Source: an archaeon (lineage in GTDB: Archaea > Nanobdellota > Nanobdellia > SCGC-AAA011-G17 > GW2011-AR17). From it: DNA of 64,000 nucleotides. The stretch lies in NCBI GenBank assembly GCA_018656555.1, contig JABHZQ010000020.1, positions 10,764 through 74,763 on the forward strand, in the 5' to 3' direction. The notes under the pieces were generated by a model. The model saw only the letters and a program-made list of their open reading frames with translations, ran no database searches and had not been told where the DNA came from. Numbering within the stretch: the first letter of the stretch is position 1; every line of letters starts with the position of its first letter. A program made the translations under genes and the position numbers. Below are positions 50,439 to 60,199 of this stretch, piece by piece.

Positions 50439-51284
50439 TTATCTAAAAATAATAGAAGTGTAAGATACTTGTGATTCATCTTTTGCTATCTTTGTAGAAT
50501 CATAGTAACATATAACTTCTGGTTCTTTTGAATTGATTAATTTTAGTATTTCTATTCCTAATGCTATTGGATATTGTCCACAGATTGTTGCTTTTGTTTT
50601 TTTGATGTATTTTAGAAATGATTCTGAATCATAGTTTAAGATATGATGTATTGCATTTTTATCTAAATCTTTTATTGATTGTTTTATGTTAAATTTGAAT
50701 GGTGTGAATCCAAAGATTGGACCATAGTGGGTGAAGTCACTGGAGATTATTACTGCAATGTCTGGTATTTTTGCTATTTCTTCTGCTAGTTCTTTGTAGT
50801 TGTTGTTAGTTGGACAGATTATTGGAACTATTTGAATATCTTTTAATTGATCTTTATTTGAAAATTGTAAGAATGGTAATTGTACTTCTAATGAATGTTC
50901 TTGCATGTTGGAGGTTTTCTTAACTAGTTTGCTGTTTAAGAGTTGGTTTACTGCTTCTTTGTTTGTTTTTACAACTCCTAATACTGTTTCAAAGTCTTCA
51001 TCTGTTGTTGCAAAGTCAAAATGTTTTCCAGAATGATCTGGTGTTAGGATTATGAAGGTTTTAGGTAGTTTTGATTCTGCTATTTCTTTATAGGCCCATG
51101 CTGCACATTGTCCTGAATAGAAGTAGCCTGCGTGTGGTACTATAACTCCTGTTAATTTTGATTCAGTTCTTTTTGTGGGTAGGTCTCCGGGGCCTAGATC
51201 TCCTGTGTAACAGGTTTCTATTTGCTTTGATAGTTTTTCAAAATCTGCTTTGTAGAACTGTCCTGCAAATACTGGTTTTATCAT
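50439..51284 (-). CDS. amrB: MEMO1 / AmmeMemoRadiSam protein B
   Basis: AGQFY, PHAGY.YSG, EHSLEVQLPFLQ, SSDFTHYG, TICG. Confidence 0.92.
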   Translation of the reverse strand: MIKPVFAGQFYKADFEKLSKQIETCYTGDLGPGDLPTKRTESKLTGVIVPHAGYFYSGQCAAWAYKEIAESKLPKTFIILTPDHSGKHFDFATTDEDFETVLGVVKTNKEAVNQLLNSKLVKKTSNMQEHSLEVQLPFLQFSNKDQLKDIQIVPIICPTNNNYKELAEEIAKIPDIAVIISSDFTHYGPIFGFTPFKFNIKQSIKDLDKNAIHHILNYDSESFLKYIKKTKATICGQYPIALGIEILKLINSKEPEVICYYDSTKIAKDESQVSYTSIIFR

Positions 51285-51320
51285 CTTTGTTTAGAACTAT
51301 TAGTGATTTAAAAGAATATC

Positions 51321-52424
51321 TTAACTAAAAATGATATCTTTTTGGAATTTTGCTATATTTACAAAATTTTTATTTACTACTTTTTCTATTTTTGGAAGAT
51401 TTAGCTTTCCTTGAACTTGGATTGATACTATTTGTGGTTTAGTTAGAGGGGAACCAATCTGGCTTAGTATTTTTACATTAACTCTTTCTAATTTACACTG
51501 TTTTACAAGATCTCTTGCAATAATATGTGCCATTATTTGATAGGTTTTACCTGGATGGAATATGTTTTTACCTGCTGTTGCTTCTAATGACATTGGTTGT
51601 CCGGGTGTGATAAGATGGTTGTATCTATTTCCTCTTCCTACTTGTCCATCATCTCCATTTTCACAAGAGAAACCAGTTACTGTTATGTAGCAAGAGTTTA
51701 ATGAATTGCCATCTAATGTGTTTAAGTATATTTTTGTGTTGAATTCTTTTTCAAGTTCATCCTTAATGTGTTGTTTTAATTGTTTGTAGTATCTTAAATT
51801 TTTTAGATATTCAGCTACAAATGCTATTGAAATTGTGAAGGATGTTTTTACTCCTTCTCTTAATCCCATTACTTTTGTATCTAAACCTACTGCTTTGTAT
51901 TTTCTTCTAAATCTATCTGAGTTTATGTGCCTTGATATTTTTAGAGTTAGGTTTTCTAGGTGAGTTAATGGATAATGTGCAACTCCAAATGAAGTGTCAT
52001 TTGCAATTTGATGTTTTTCTACTTCTTTTAGGTTTGTTGCTCCTTCTCTTATTTCTATTGAAAGTTCATAGATTAATTCAAATGGTTTTAGGTATTTTTT
52101 TACTGCTTCTTTTATTATTTCAGAAATAGGAAGTTTAATGTTTCCAATTTGTGTGGTTGCTCTACCTGCGATTATTATCTTTATTGGTTCTATGATTTTT
52201 CCTGCTTGAAATTCGGGTTGAGTTTGTCCAGCTATGATTATTCCTTTGTCAATATTGAAGTGTAAAACTCTTTTAAAATTTTTTAAGTAGTATTTTGATA
52301 TGGCTTGAGCTGCTTTTTCACATATATTATCACAAAGAGTGTCTGGGTGCCCAAACCCCTTAGTTTCTACGAATTCGATGTTTTCAGGTGTTTTTCTTAG
52401 GGGCTCTATTACTGTTTTAACCAT
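51321..52424 (-). CDS. mat: Archaeal-type S-adenosylmethionine synthetase
   Basis: KGFGHPDTLCD, ANDTSFG, GDDGQVGRGNR, SLEATAGKN..HPGK. Confidence 0.92.
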   Translation of the reverse strand: MVKTVIEPLRKTPENIEFVETKGFGHPDTLCDNICEKAAQAISKYYLKNFKRVLHFNIDKGIIIAGQTQPEFQAGKIIEPIKIIIAGRATTQIGNIKLPISEIIKEAVKKYLKPFELIYELSIEIREGATNLKEVEKHQIANDTSFGVAHYPLTHLENLTLKISRHINSDRFRRKYKAVGLDTKVMGLREGVKTSFTISIAFVAEYLKNLRYYKQLKQHIKDELEKEFNTKIYLNTLDGNSLNSCYITVTGFSCENGDDGQVGRGNRYNHLITPGQPMSLEATAGKNIFHPGKTYQIMAHIIARDLVKQCKLERVNVKILSQIGSPLTKPQIVSIQVQGKLNLPKIEKVVNKNFVNIAKFQKDIIFS

Positions 52425-52521
52425 TGTTTTATAAAGGAGATAATAACTTTATAAGGATTTAGCTACCACTCTTGAGTTAATACAACCGAAAGATTTATAT
52501 AGAAGTAAATATGTAATATTA

Positions 52522-52575
52522 TTATCACCTCTTTTTCCCCAGGAAGATGGTCTTCGGGCTGTCTTCCCAGGGTTT
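52522..52575 (+). ncRNA. Candidate small RNA with cUUCGg hairpin
   Basis: BRE-TATA (ACCGAAAGATTTATATAG, about 52485-52502) with no ORF after it; GGAAGATGGTC-TTCG-GGCTGTCTTCC 11-bp stem. Confidence 0.5.
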
Positions 52576-52622
52576 ATAATTTTTAGATAAAGCTTATTAA
52601 GAGGAGTTTAATTTCTTTAATT

Positions 52623-53774
52623 ATGCAAGATTTACAAAGAGATCAGTTGGCAAGGCTGGCTAGTTTAAGAAGGGAACAGAGAGAAAGAGTTCAAGAGCAT
52701 TTAATGACTCAAGTTACACCTGGTGCTGATCCGGTTGAGGAAAGGTTGCTTGCTGTTGAAGAGGTTGATGATACTTTTGATTATTCTCAATATTTACCCC
52801 AACAGCTTTCAGATGCTATTGATTATGTTCAAGCTAATAAAGAAGGAGCAAAAGGGGAGCTTTTGTTTGGGTTACGAAATATAAATCTGGGACATGTTAC
52901 ACTTGGTATGTTAGTGGTAGCTTTGGGTTTGTCTTTAACTTCTCTAGCTATAAATAATTTTAGACCGAAACCAGTTCTTAAGTATCCACCTACTCATTTG
53001 GAAACTGTTGTTGTGGAAGATGGAGAGTTTTGGACTGATACTAGAGTTCATCAGACTACAGGTGAGATAAATGCTCTTTATGGTGAAGCTATTCATGAAA
53101 TGAGGTTTGGACATATTACTACAGCAAGTACTAGAGTTGAGACAGCTAGAACTTTAGTTTCTCAACCTAATGAAGAGTTGGAAGAATTACTAAAAGTAAG
53201 GGAAGCTGAGGTAATGCAAGTTGCTTATGCGGAAATGCTTGGTGAAGTGAATTCATCATTTTCTTTGGAGTTATATTCTGATCTAACAAGAGACTTGGCT
53301 AGAGAGTCTGATTTGCATGAAGAGAGGAGTGAACATGCAAGGAGTGTTGCAGAAGCTCTATATGCTGAATCTTTTAGTGGTTATTTGCCTAGTCCTTCAT
53401 TTCTTAATCATTTAGATGAAGAGATTGCTTTTTTTAGAGAGTTTTGTAGAGATCACAATTTAGAGGAATTTAGGGTTAAAAAAGAAAAAGAGTTTGTTGG
53501 TAGAATTTATGATGGTGCGATAGAGGATGCAGGATTTTCTAATTATGAGGAGATTACTGATGCATTGAGATATGTTGAGCCTTGGGTTGATGAGTTGAGT
53601 ATGGATGTTTCAGTACAACAGGGAGAAATCCTTCAGAACATTTTTGAAAGAGCAGAGGTTTATTCGGGTACTGATTACTTTGCTGATCATTTTTCTAAAA
53701 GTGTAGATATGGGTACAGAGCTTGCTACTAGATGGGGTAAAACTGATTGGGTGCGTAAGTTTGGAACTTTATGA
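52623..53774 (+). CDS. Hypothetical membrane-anchored helical protein
   Basis: One TM at about aa 92-110; acidic helical C-terminus. Confidence 0.6.
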   Translation: MQDLQRDQLARLASLRREQRERVQEHLMTQVTPGADPVEERLLAVEEVDDTFDYSQYLPQQLSDAIDYVQANKEGAKGELLFGLRNINLGHVTLGMLVVALGLSLTSLAINNFRPKPVLKYPPTHLETVVVEDGEFWTDTRVHQTTGEINALYGEAIHEMRFGHITTASTRVETARTLVSQPNEELEELLKVREAEVMQVAYAEMLGEVNSSFSLELYSDLTRDLARESDLHEERSEHARSVAEALYAESFSGYLPSPSFLNHLDEEIAFFREFCRDHNLEEFRVKKEKEFVGRIYDGAIEDAGFSNYEEITDALRYVEPWVDELSMDVSVQQGEILQNIFERAEVYSGTDYFADHFSKSVDMGTELATRWGKTDWVRKFGTL

Positions 53775-54128
53775 TTATTTAGAATTTCTTTTATGATTAA
53801 CTTTTAGTTTAATATCTTCTCTTGGGTCACCTTTCTTAAACCATTTTCTATAGAAGCTATAGTCTTTGATTAGGAAAGGAATAGTCCATAGTAATGCAAT
53901 AAATCCAATTATGAATATGTATACATTATAGACTTCAGTGTTTGTTGTGAATAAAGGTGAACCGGTAATTGAGAAATAGATTAGAGATATTCCAGCATAT
54001 AGGAAAACTACTGCTAAGAATTTTATTAGGATTTCTTTTGGATCGGTAATTAGTGTTTTTTGATCTATAAATGTTGCAATATAGAATACAAGGAAGATAC
54101 AAATTATAACTATAATACTCCAGTCCAT
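53775..54128 (-). CDS. Small membrane protein (3 TM)
   Basis: Hydrophobic ORF. Confidence 0.65.
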   Translation of the reverse strand: MDWSIIVIICIFLVFYIATFIDQKTLITDPKEILIKFLAVVFLYAGISLIYFSITGSPLFTTNTEVYNVYIFIIGFIALLWTIPFLIKDYSFYRKWFKKGDPREDIKLKVNHKRNSK

Positions 54129-54163
54129 TATTTTTACAAGGAGTTAATTGCTTTTAAATTTTT

Positions 54164-54928
54164 CTAATGTAAGTGTGGTGCGAATAGAGTAACAATTACA
54201 ATTAGAACTATTCCTAGAAGTATTGCAGAGATGTGTATTAATGAATCTTTAAGTTTACAATGTCTGTGTAGTTGAGGTAGTAAGTTGGTTGCTGCTATAT
54301 ATAGGAAGTTTCCTGCTGCAAAGGGGAGAATGAAAGTAGTGAATCCACCTATTTTGCTTGCTAGGATTAAACCTAGTATTGTCCCTACAATTGCTGTAGT
54401 TGCTGTGATGAAATTGAAAGTAAGTGCTTTTTTCTTTGATAAACCTGAATATAATAATACTCCGAAGTCTGAGATCTCTTGAGGGATTTCATGGAATATT
54501 ACTGAAATAGTTGCTGCAATACCTACTGCAGTATTTACTACAAATGCTCCTGCAATTACTAAACCATCAATGAAGTTGTGGATTGCATCTCCAATTAGGT
54601 TTATTGGTGCAAGGCTGTAAGCATGTGCATGTCCTACATTTTTGCTTCCACATTGGTGTTTCCAGTGGACTAGTTTTTCTATTAAGAATAATGCTATGAA
54701 ACCTGCTAATATGTAAATTGCTGTTAGTGTTGTATATCCTTGTTCTATTATTTCTGGTAAAAATTCTAGGAATACAGTACTAAGTAAAACACCTACAGAG
54801 ATGCTTAATAGGAATAAAAGTATTTTTTCTGATACTTTTTTCTTTAGTAGTAAAGGAATTGCTACTATTATTGATAATAAAGATACAATGATGACACTTA
54901 TGATTGCATATAGAGATGATTGTAACAT
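54164..54928 (-). CDS. ZIP-family metal transporter
   Basis: IHNFIDG, FHEIPQEISD. Confidence 0.93.
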   Translation of the reverse strand: MLQSSLYAIISVIIVSLLSIIVAIPLLLKKKVSEKILLFLLSISVGVLLSTVFLEFLPEIIEQGYTTLTAIYILAGFIALFLIEKLVHWKHQCGSKNVGHAHAYSLAPINLIGDAIHNFIDGLVIAGAFVVNTAVGIAATISVIFHEIPQEISDFGVLLYSGLSKKKALTFNFITATTAIVGTILGLILASKIGGFTTFILPFAAGNFLYIAATNLLPQLHRHCKLKDSLIHISAILLGIVLIVIVTLFAPHLH

Positions 54929-54999
54929 GGTTTATTGGGAATATTAATTGTTTATATTGGTTTCTATCTATGATAGAAATTTTTATATAGAAAAAGGTA

Positions 55000-55500
55000 T
55001 TGTGTTTGAGTATGGGAGATATAAAATTTACATATAATCAATTTAGGGCGAAATCACCAGCTTTTACTGCTGAAGAAGTTAGAGCATTGGCAAATGTAAT
55101 TAAAGATGATGCGTTAGCTGATGATGGAGAGGATTCTGGTTTATTAGACTTGTTTTATGGAGTTAGGAATTTTTGGGAAGGACAAACATTGGCTCTTGCC
55201 GATAGAGAAGGTAGGTTATTGAAGCAGATTGAAACTGCAAGAGAGGCACTTAAAGCAGGAGTAATTGAGTTTATGGGAAATAATCAGTGTTCAGCAGATC
55301 TTGGTAGGTTATTGAATGATCCAATTGAAAGTATTGTTGCTGTGGATAAGGTTCAAGCAACAAAGGAAATGTTCAAAGCTAGAATTAGTTTGTTAGAACA
55401 AGTAAGAGAGAACTTATTGAAACTAGCTGATGCTATTGATAGAAGTGAATCCTTTGCTAACTTTAATAGAGCAATAGTAAATGCGATGACTAGTTTTTAG
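55000..55500 (+). CDS. Hypothetical protein
   Basis: 166-aa helical ORF with upstream TTTTATATA. Confidence 0.5.
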   Translation: MCLSMGDIKFTYNQFRAKSPAFTAEEVRALANVIKDDALADDGEDSGLLDLFYGVRNFWEGQTLALADREGRLLKQIETAREALKAGVIEFMGNNQCSADLGRLLNDPIESIVAVDKVQATKEMFKARISLLEQVRENLLKLADAIDRSESFANFNRAIVNAMTSF

Positions 55501-56753
55501 TCTAAACTCAAAAGCATATGTTCCCTGAAGAAATTCATTGATTTTGGGAATTTGTTGATAGAATCTATTGTTTTTTTGTATTTGTTTCTTAGTTCTTTTG
55601 CTTGTTTTTGAGTTAATCCTTGTTTTACTTTATAGGTTATCTTAGGTTCTAATAGAGTTCTTTCTTCTTCTTGGATTATTATCTTGTATTTTTCTGGATT
55701 GTTATAAACTTCAGTATCTTTTTGTAGACCAAAGATAGAAGTGGAGATTAAATCAATGTATCTTCTATTAGTTTTAAGGAATTCAATTGTTTCTAGGAAT
55801 TCTTCTTTTGTTTCTGTTGGGAATCCGAATAGAATGTAAGTCATGTTTTTAATTCCCTCTTTGTGGCTGTTTTGTAATACTTCTTCTATATCTTCTTTGT
55901 TTGTTCCTTTGTTGATTAGTTTAAGAATTCTGTTATTAGCTGACTCTACTCCCCACATGATAAATGATAGACCTGATTCTTTTAGTTTTTTTAACACATC
56001 ATAGGTTAAATCCTTTGTTGGTCTTAGTTGGCAAGTCCATTTTACATTTAATGGTTTTATCATTTCTGCTATTTTTATTAATCTATTTGTAGGGATCATA
56101 TCGTCGATAAAAAAGAAATGTTTTGCTTTTGATTTTATGATTGTTTGTTTTATTATATCTAAGTCAAATTCTTTGTATGTTTCATTTTTGTGATGAGTAC
56201 AAAAGGAACATTTTTTGTAAAAACAGGTTGAAGTGGTTTTTATTGGTATAACTGGTTCTGGTGTGAAATACTTGCCATATTGTGAAAAGTCTAAAGGAGA
56301 TTCTTCTTCTGGTATTTCTAGGGTTTTATCTGTTAAGTCTAATAGTTTTTTATTAACTGCTGGACCTCCAACTACTGTGTTTTTTAATTCTTTTAATAAT
56401 GCATAAGTGTAAAATGTTTGACTTGAGTAAACAACACTGAATGCTATGATATCTGCATTTTTTTCTTTTATCATTTCTAATAATTCATCAAAGAACTCTG
56501 GTTTTTTCTTATTCAATACCTTTCTATTATTCTTTGCATAGGTTATTGAGGAGATTTTGTTGTAGTCATTTGTTATTTTTTCATAATTTGTACAGTCTTT
56601 TTGATAGTATTCTTTGTAAATAGGAAATTTTAGTTTGTGGAATTCTAGGTTTAAATCTAGAACTTCTGATTTGATTTTAGAGTTTAGATTAGTAATAGAG
56701 TAAGGCGGACTTGCGGGAGTACAAAATGGTGGGTAAACGAATAGGATTTTCAT
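55497..56753 (-). CDS. B12-binding-domain radical SAM protein
   Basis: CFYKKCSFC, FIDD, GVESAN...KG, GFPTET. Confidence 0.88.
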   Translation of the reverse strand: MKILFVYPPFCTPASPPYSITNLNSKIKSEVLDLNLEFHKLKFPIYKEYYQKDCTNYEKITNDYNKISSITYAKNNRKVLNKKKPEFFDELLEMIKEKNADIIAFSVVYSSQTFYTYALLKELKNTVVGGPAVNKKLLDLTDKTLEIPEEESPLDFSQYGKYFTPEPVIPIKTTSTCFYKKCSFCTHHKNETYKEFDLDIIKQTIIKSKAKHFFFIDDMIPTNRLIKIAEMIKPLNVKWTCQLRPTKDLTYDVLKKLKESGLSFIMWGVESANNRILKLINKGTNKEDIEEVLQNSHKEGIKNMTYILFGFPTETKEEFLETIEFLKTNRRYIDLISTSIFGLQKDTEVYNNPEKYKIIIQEEERTLLEPKITYKVKQGLTQKQAKELRNKYKKTIDSINKFPKSMNFFREHMLLSLD

Positions 56754-56804
56754 GGGTTTTGGTAATTAGGATAGGTTTAAAAAGTGATCTAAATCAATGA
56801 TATT

Positions 56805-58295
56805 ATGCAATATGATATAATTTTTGTTACAGGAGAGCTTTATTTTGATCATCCTTTATGTGGTGTGGCCATATTGAAGAGATGGTTGGAAAAGCATGGC
56901 TTTACTGTGGGTGTGATTGAAAAACCTCTGAAAGAAGAAGAGATTACTAAATTAGGGAAACCTAAGTTGTTTTTTGGAGTTAGTTCTGGTTCTATTGATT
57001 CCATGGTCAGGAATTATACTCCTTTGAAGAGGAAAAGGGAAGATGATGAGTATGTGGATTATGATGAAAAGGTTCCTGATAGGGCTGTTAGTGTTTATAG
57101 TAATTGGATTAAGCATAAGTTTAAGGGTTCAATTATTGTATTAGGAGGAACTGAAGTTTCTTTGAGAAGATTTGTTCACTATGATTATTGGCAAAATCGA
57201 TTAAGAAAACCAATATTGTTTGATACTAGGGCTGATATTATGGCTTATGGTAATGCAGAGAAACAAGTTTTAGAGATTGCTGAGAGGCTTAAGGCTGGTA
57301 AGGATTTAATGGGCATTGAAGGGACTTGTATGATTGTTAAAGAGAGTCAAGGTTTGGAATTGCCCTCTTATGATGATGTTGTAAAGAGTAAGAAAAAGTT
57401 TTGTGATATGCAAAACATGTTAACGAATAATAAGGATATTGTTCAAAAGATTGATAATAGATATGTTGTTCAGTTTAAGTATCCAGAGTATACTTCTAAG
57501 GATTTAGATGAGTATTATGAATTAGATTTTACTAGAAAGGCTCCAAGGGGTTTGAAAGGATTTGAGTTTAGTGTTGTAACTCATAGAGGTTGTATAGGTA
57601 ATTGTAATTTTTGTGCTGTTAGATTATTACAAGGAGAGAGGATTGTTTCAAGATCTGAAGAGTCTATTTTAAGAGAGATAAGAAAGATTACTAAGATGAA
57701 AATCTTTAGAGGTAATATTGATGATTTATCTGGACCTTCTACAAATATGTATGGGATGGATTGTAATAAATGTAACAAAGATTGTATTGATTGTAATAAG
57801 TTGGATAGAACTAATGAGAGATTGATTAATTTGTTAAGGAAGATTAGGGGGATTAAAGGTGTTAAGAAGTTGAGTATAAGATCTGGGATTAGATATGATC
57901 TTGCTTCTGCTGATTTAATTGATGATATTGCTGACTATCATGTGTTTAATGATTTGAAAATAGCTCCAGAGCATGTTAGTGAGAGAGTTTTGAAGTTGAT
58001 GAATAAGGATAGAGGGGATCTTGATGAATTTATTAATTACTTTGCTAGGACTGGAAGGAAATTATCTTTTTATTTTATGACTGCACATCCGGGATCTTCT
58101 ATGAGAGAGGCTGAGGAATTGGGTAGGGCTGTAAAGAGTTTGAGAAATGCAGAGAAGGTGCAAATATTTACTCCTACTCCTATGACTGTTTCAACTTGTA
58201 TGTATTACACTTCTATTAATCCTAAGACTATGAAGAAGGTTTATGTTCCTTATACTTATCATGAGAAGAAGAGACAGAAGAGGGTTTGTTTTTAA
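56805..58295 (+). CDS. ygiQ: YgiQ (UPF0313) radical SAM protein
   Basis: HRGCIGNCNFC, SLRRFVHYDYW, APEH, QIFTPTPM. Confidence 0.92.
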   Translation: MQYDIIFVTGELYFDHPLCGVAILKRWLEKHGFTVGVIEKPLKEEEITKLGKPKLFFGVSSGSIDSMVRNYTPLKRKREDDEYVDYDEKVPDRAVSVYSNWIKHKFKGSIIVLGGTEVSLRRFVHYDYWQNRLRKPILFDTRADIMAYGNAEKQVLEIAERLKAGKDLMGIEGTCMIVKESQGLELPSYDDVVKSKKKFCDMQNMLTNNKDIVQKIDNRYVVQFKYPEYTSKDLDEYYELDFTRKAPRGLKGFEFSVVTHRGCIGNCNFCAVRLLQGERIVSRSEESILREIRKITKMKIFRGNIDDLSGPSTNMYGMDCNKCNKDCIDCNKLDRTNERLINLLRKIRGIKGVKKLSIRSGIRYDLASADLIDDIADYHVFNDLKIAPEHVSERVLKLMNKDRGDLDEFINYFARTGRKLSFYFMTAHPGSSMREAEELGRAVKSLRNAEKVQIFTPTPMTVSTCMYYTSINPKTMKKVYVPYTYHEKKRQKRVCF

Positions 58296-58375
58296 TTGTT
58301 ATGAATATAAATTCGAAACGTTTATATAGTAGTTATGCATATATATTCATTATGAATTGTTGGAGGTAAACAAAA

Positions 58376-58594
58376 ATGCCAAACTTTGATGGAACAGGAC
58401 CTCAATGCGAAGGATCTAAAACAGGTTTTCAAATGGGAAAATGTAAAGGGGCAACTTCTTCAGGTAGAAGGGGTGGTTGTGGAAGAACAAGAGGTTTTAG
58501 AAATAGAGAGAAAATTATGACAAAAACTGAAGAAAAGAGCCTTTTGAAAAAAGAAAAAGAATTTATAGAGAAAAGACTTAGAGAATTAGAATAA
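58376..58594 (+). CDS. DUF5320-family protein
   Basis: MPNFDGTGP...TG...G.C start and C-terminal coiled coil; SD GGAGGT. Confidence 0.8.
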   Translation: MPNFDGTGPQCEGSKTGFQMGKCKGATSSGRRGGCGRTRGFRNREKIMTKTEEKSLLKKEKEFIEKRLRELE

Positions 58595-58890
58595 TGGTAA
58601 GACCCAGGAGATGTAGAAGAGTTAGATTTAGGGGTGATTTCTATTATTTTAAACCAAGAGGGATTCCAATAAACGAATTAGAAGAAATAGAGTTAAGAGT
58701 TGAAGAGTTTGAAGCTTTAAGATTAAAAGATCTAGAAAATATGGATCAAAATAAAGCTGCGGAGAAAATGGAAATTTCCCAATCTACTTTTCATAGAATT
58801 TTAATTGAAGCTAGAAAGAAAGTAGCTGATGCATTAGTTAATGGTAAAGCTATAAAAATAGAGGGTGGAGATTTTAAGAGGAAATCTTGA
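58594..58890 (+). CDS. DUF134 (UPF0251) HTH protein
   Basis: RPRRCRRV, EFEALRLKD...Q..AAEKM.IS..TF.RIL..AR.K.A.AL..GK.I.IEGG. Confidence 0.92.
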   Translation: MVRPRRCRRVRFRGDFYYFKPRGIPINELEEIELRVEEFEALRLKDLENMDQNKAAEKMEISQSTFHRILIEARKKVADALVNGKAIKIEGGDFKRKS

Positions 58891-59153
58891 TGGTTTGGTA
58901 TGTTTATATTCTAGAATGTAAGGATGATTCTCTTTATACTGGGATTACTAATGATTTAGATAAGAGAATGGCTGCTCATAAGAGTGGAAAGGGGAGTAAG
59001 TATGTGAAATGGAAAAGGTTTCATAAATTGTTACATGCTATTGAGGTTAAGGATAAGAGTGAGGCTGCTAAATTAGAATATAAGATAAAACAATTAGAAA
59101 GAAATGAAAAGATTACTTTTTTTGTTAAGCATCCCGATTTGTTAAATTCGTAA
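58887..59153 (+). CDS. GIY-YIG nuclease (UPF0213)
   Basis: YVYILEC.D.SLYTGIT.DL.KR...H.SGKGSKY. Confidence 0.92.
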   Translation: MMVWYVYILECKDDSLYTGITNDLDKRMAAHKSGKGSKYVKWKRFHKLLHAIEVKDKSEAAKLEYKIKQLERNEKITFFVKHPDLLNS

Positions 59154-59185
59154 TATTTAATAATAAAGAAATTTATCTTATTTGC

Positions 59186-60196
59186 ATGAAATATTCAAAA
59201 GAAGAGTACATTGGAATAGGAAAAGTCCCAATAGGAATTGGTGCTATTATTAATGGATGGAATGTTTCTGAAAAACATTATAGAAATCCTGAATTTCTTT
59301 CTGTTGTTGATTTTAGAGCAATGACTCCTGCTTGTCAATGGGACTGTTTTCATTGTTTTACAGATAAATTAAAGAAAACCTTGACTTTAGAAAAAATAAA
59401 GGAAATTATTGATCAGTTAGCTGAAATGAAAACTCAAGGTATTGATTATGTAGGGGAAGGTGAACCAACGTTAGATAAAGATTTTTTTGATATTATTGAA
59501 TATACTCAATCCCAGGGAATTCAATCAATTATATTTACTGATGGTGCTACAAAATTAAGGAATAGAGAGTTTGTGAAAAGATTGTATAAATCTGGTGCTA
59601 GTGTCTGTTTGAAAGGAGATAGTTTGTGGAATTCAGAATATCAGAACTTTGTTGTGGGCGATGATAAAAAAATATATTTTGATCAAAGAAATGAAGCTGT
59701 AAAATTATTGGCTGAAGAAGGATTTAACAAGAAAAATGAAGATGGAACTACTAGAATGGGCTTTGATATGGTAGTTTCAAGAAAAAATATGGATGAAGTT
59801 GAAAAGACCTTAAGATATTGTAGAGAAAATAATTTTTGGATTGTTTTTGCTTTTTACTTGCCTGCTGGAAGGAGTGGTATGGAAGAATTTGATAAAGAGT
59901 TGTTATTGACTAGAGAAGAGAAAATTAAAATTTGTAATATGATAAAAGAAATAGATGAAAAAGATTATGGTTTTAAGCATGTTTTAGTTAATAATTTTGC
60001 TACAATTCCTTGTATAGAATTTATACAGATCTATGGAGACGGTAGAGTTAGTCCTTGTCCGGGGAATGAAACTATAATTGGGAATCTTAATTCTGAAACA
60101 CTTAAGGAATTAAAAGAAAAGATTATTAAAAAATTTCCAGTTCATGATAAGAAAACCTTTGATGGTAACTGTCCTTATAGGGAAAAAGTAAATTAA
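59186..60196 (+). CDS. Radical SAM protein with Twitch/SPASM-like C-terminus
   Basis: CQWDCFHC, GEGEP, C...I..DGRVSPC...IGNL. Confidence 0.88.
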   Translation: MKYSKEEYIGIGKVPIGIGAIINGWNVSEKHYRNPEFLSVVDFRAMTPACQWDCFHCFTDKLKKTLTLEKIKEIIDQLAEMKTQGIDYVGEGEPTLDKDFFDIIEYTQSQGIQSIIFTDGATKLRNREFVKRLYKSGASVCLKGDSLWNSEYQNFVVGDDKKIYFDQRNEAVKLLAEEGFNKKNEDGTTRMGFDMVVSRKNMDEVEKTLRYCRENNFWIVFAFYLPAGRSGMEEFDKELLLTREEKIKICNMIKEIDEKDYGFKHVLVNNFATIPCIEFIQIYGDGRVSPCPGNETIIGNLNSETLKELKEKIIKKFPVHDKKTFDGNCPYREKVN

Positions 60197-60199
60197 AGT

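Noticed and set aside
6110..57778. Many 60-130-aa ORFs antisense to or nested in well-supported genes
   Set aside because: Shadow frames caused by biased codon usage; no motifs or promoters
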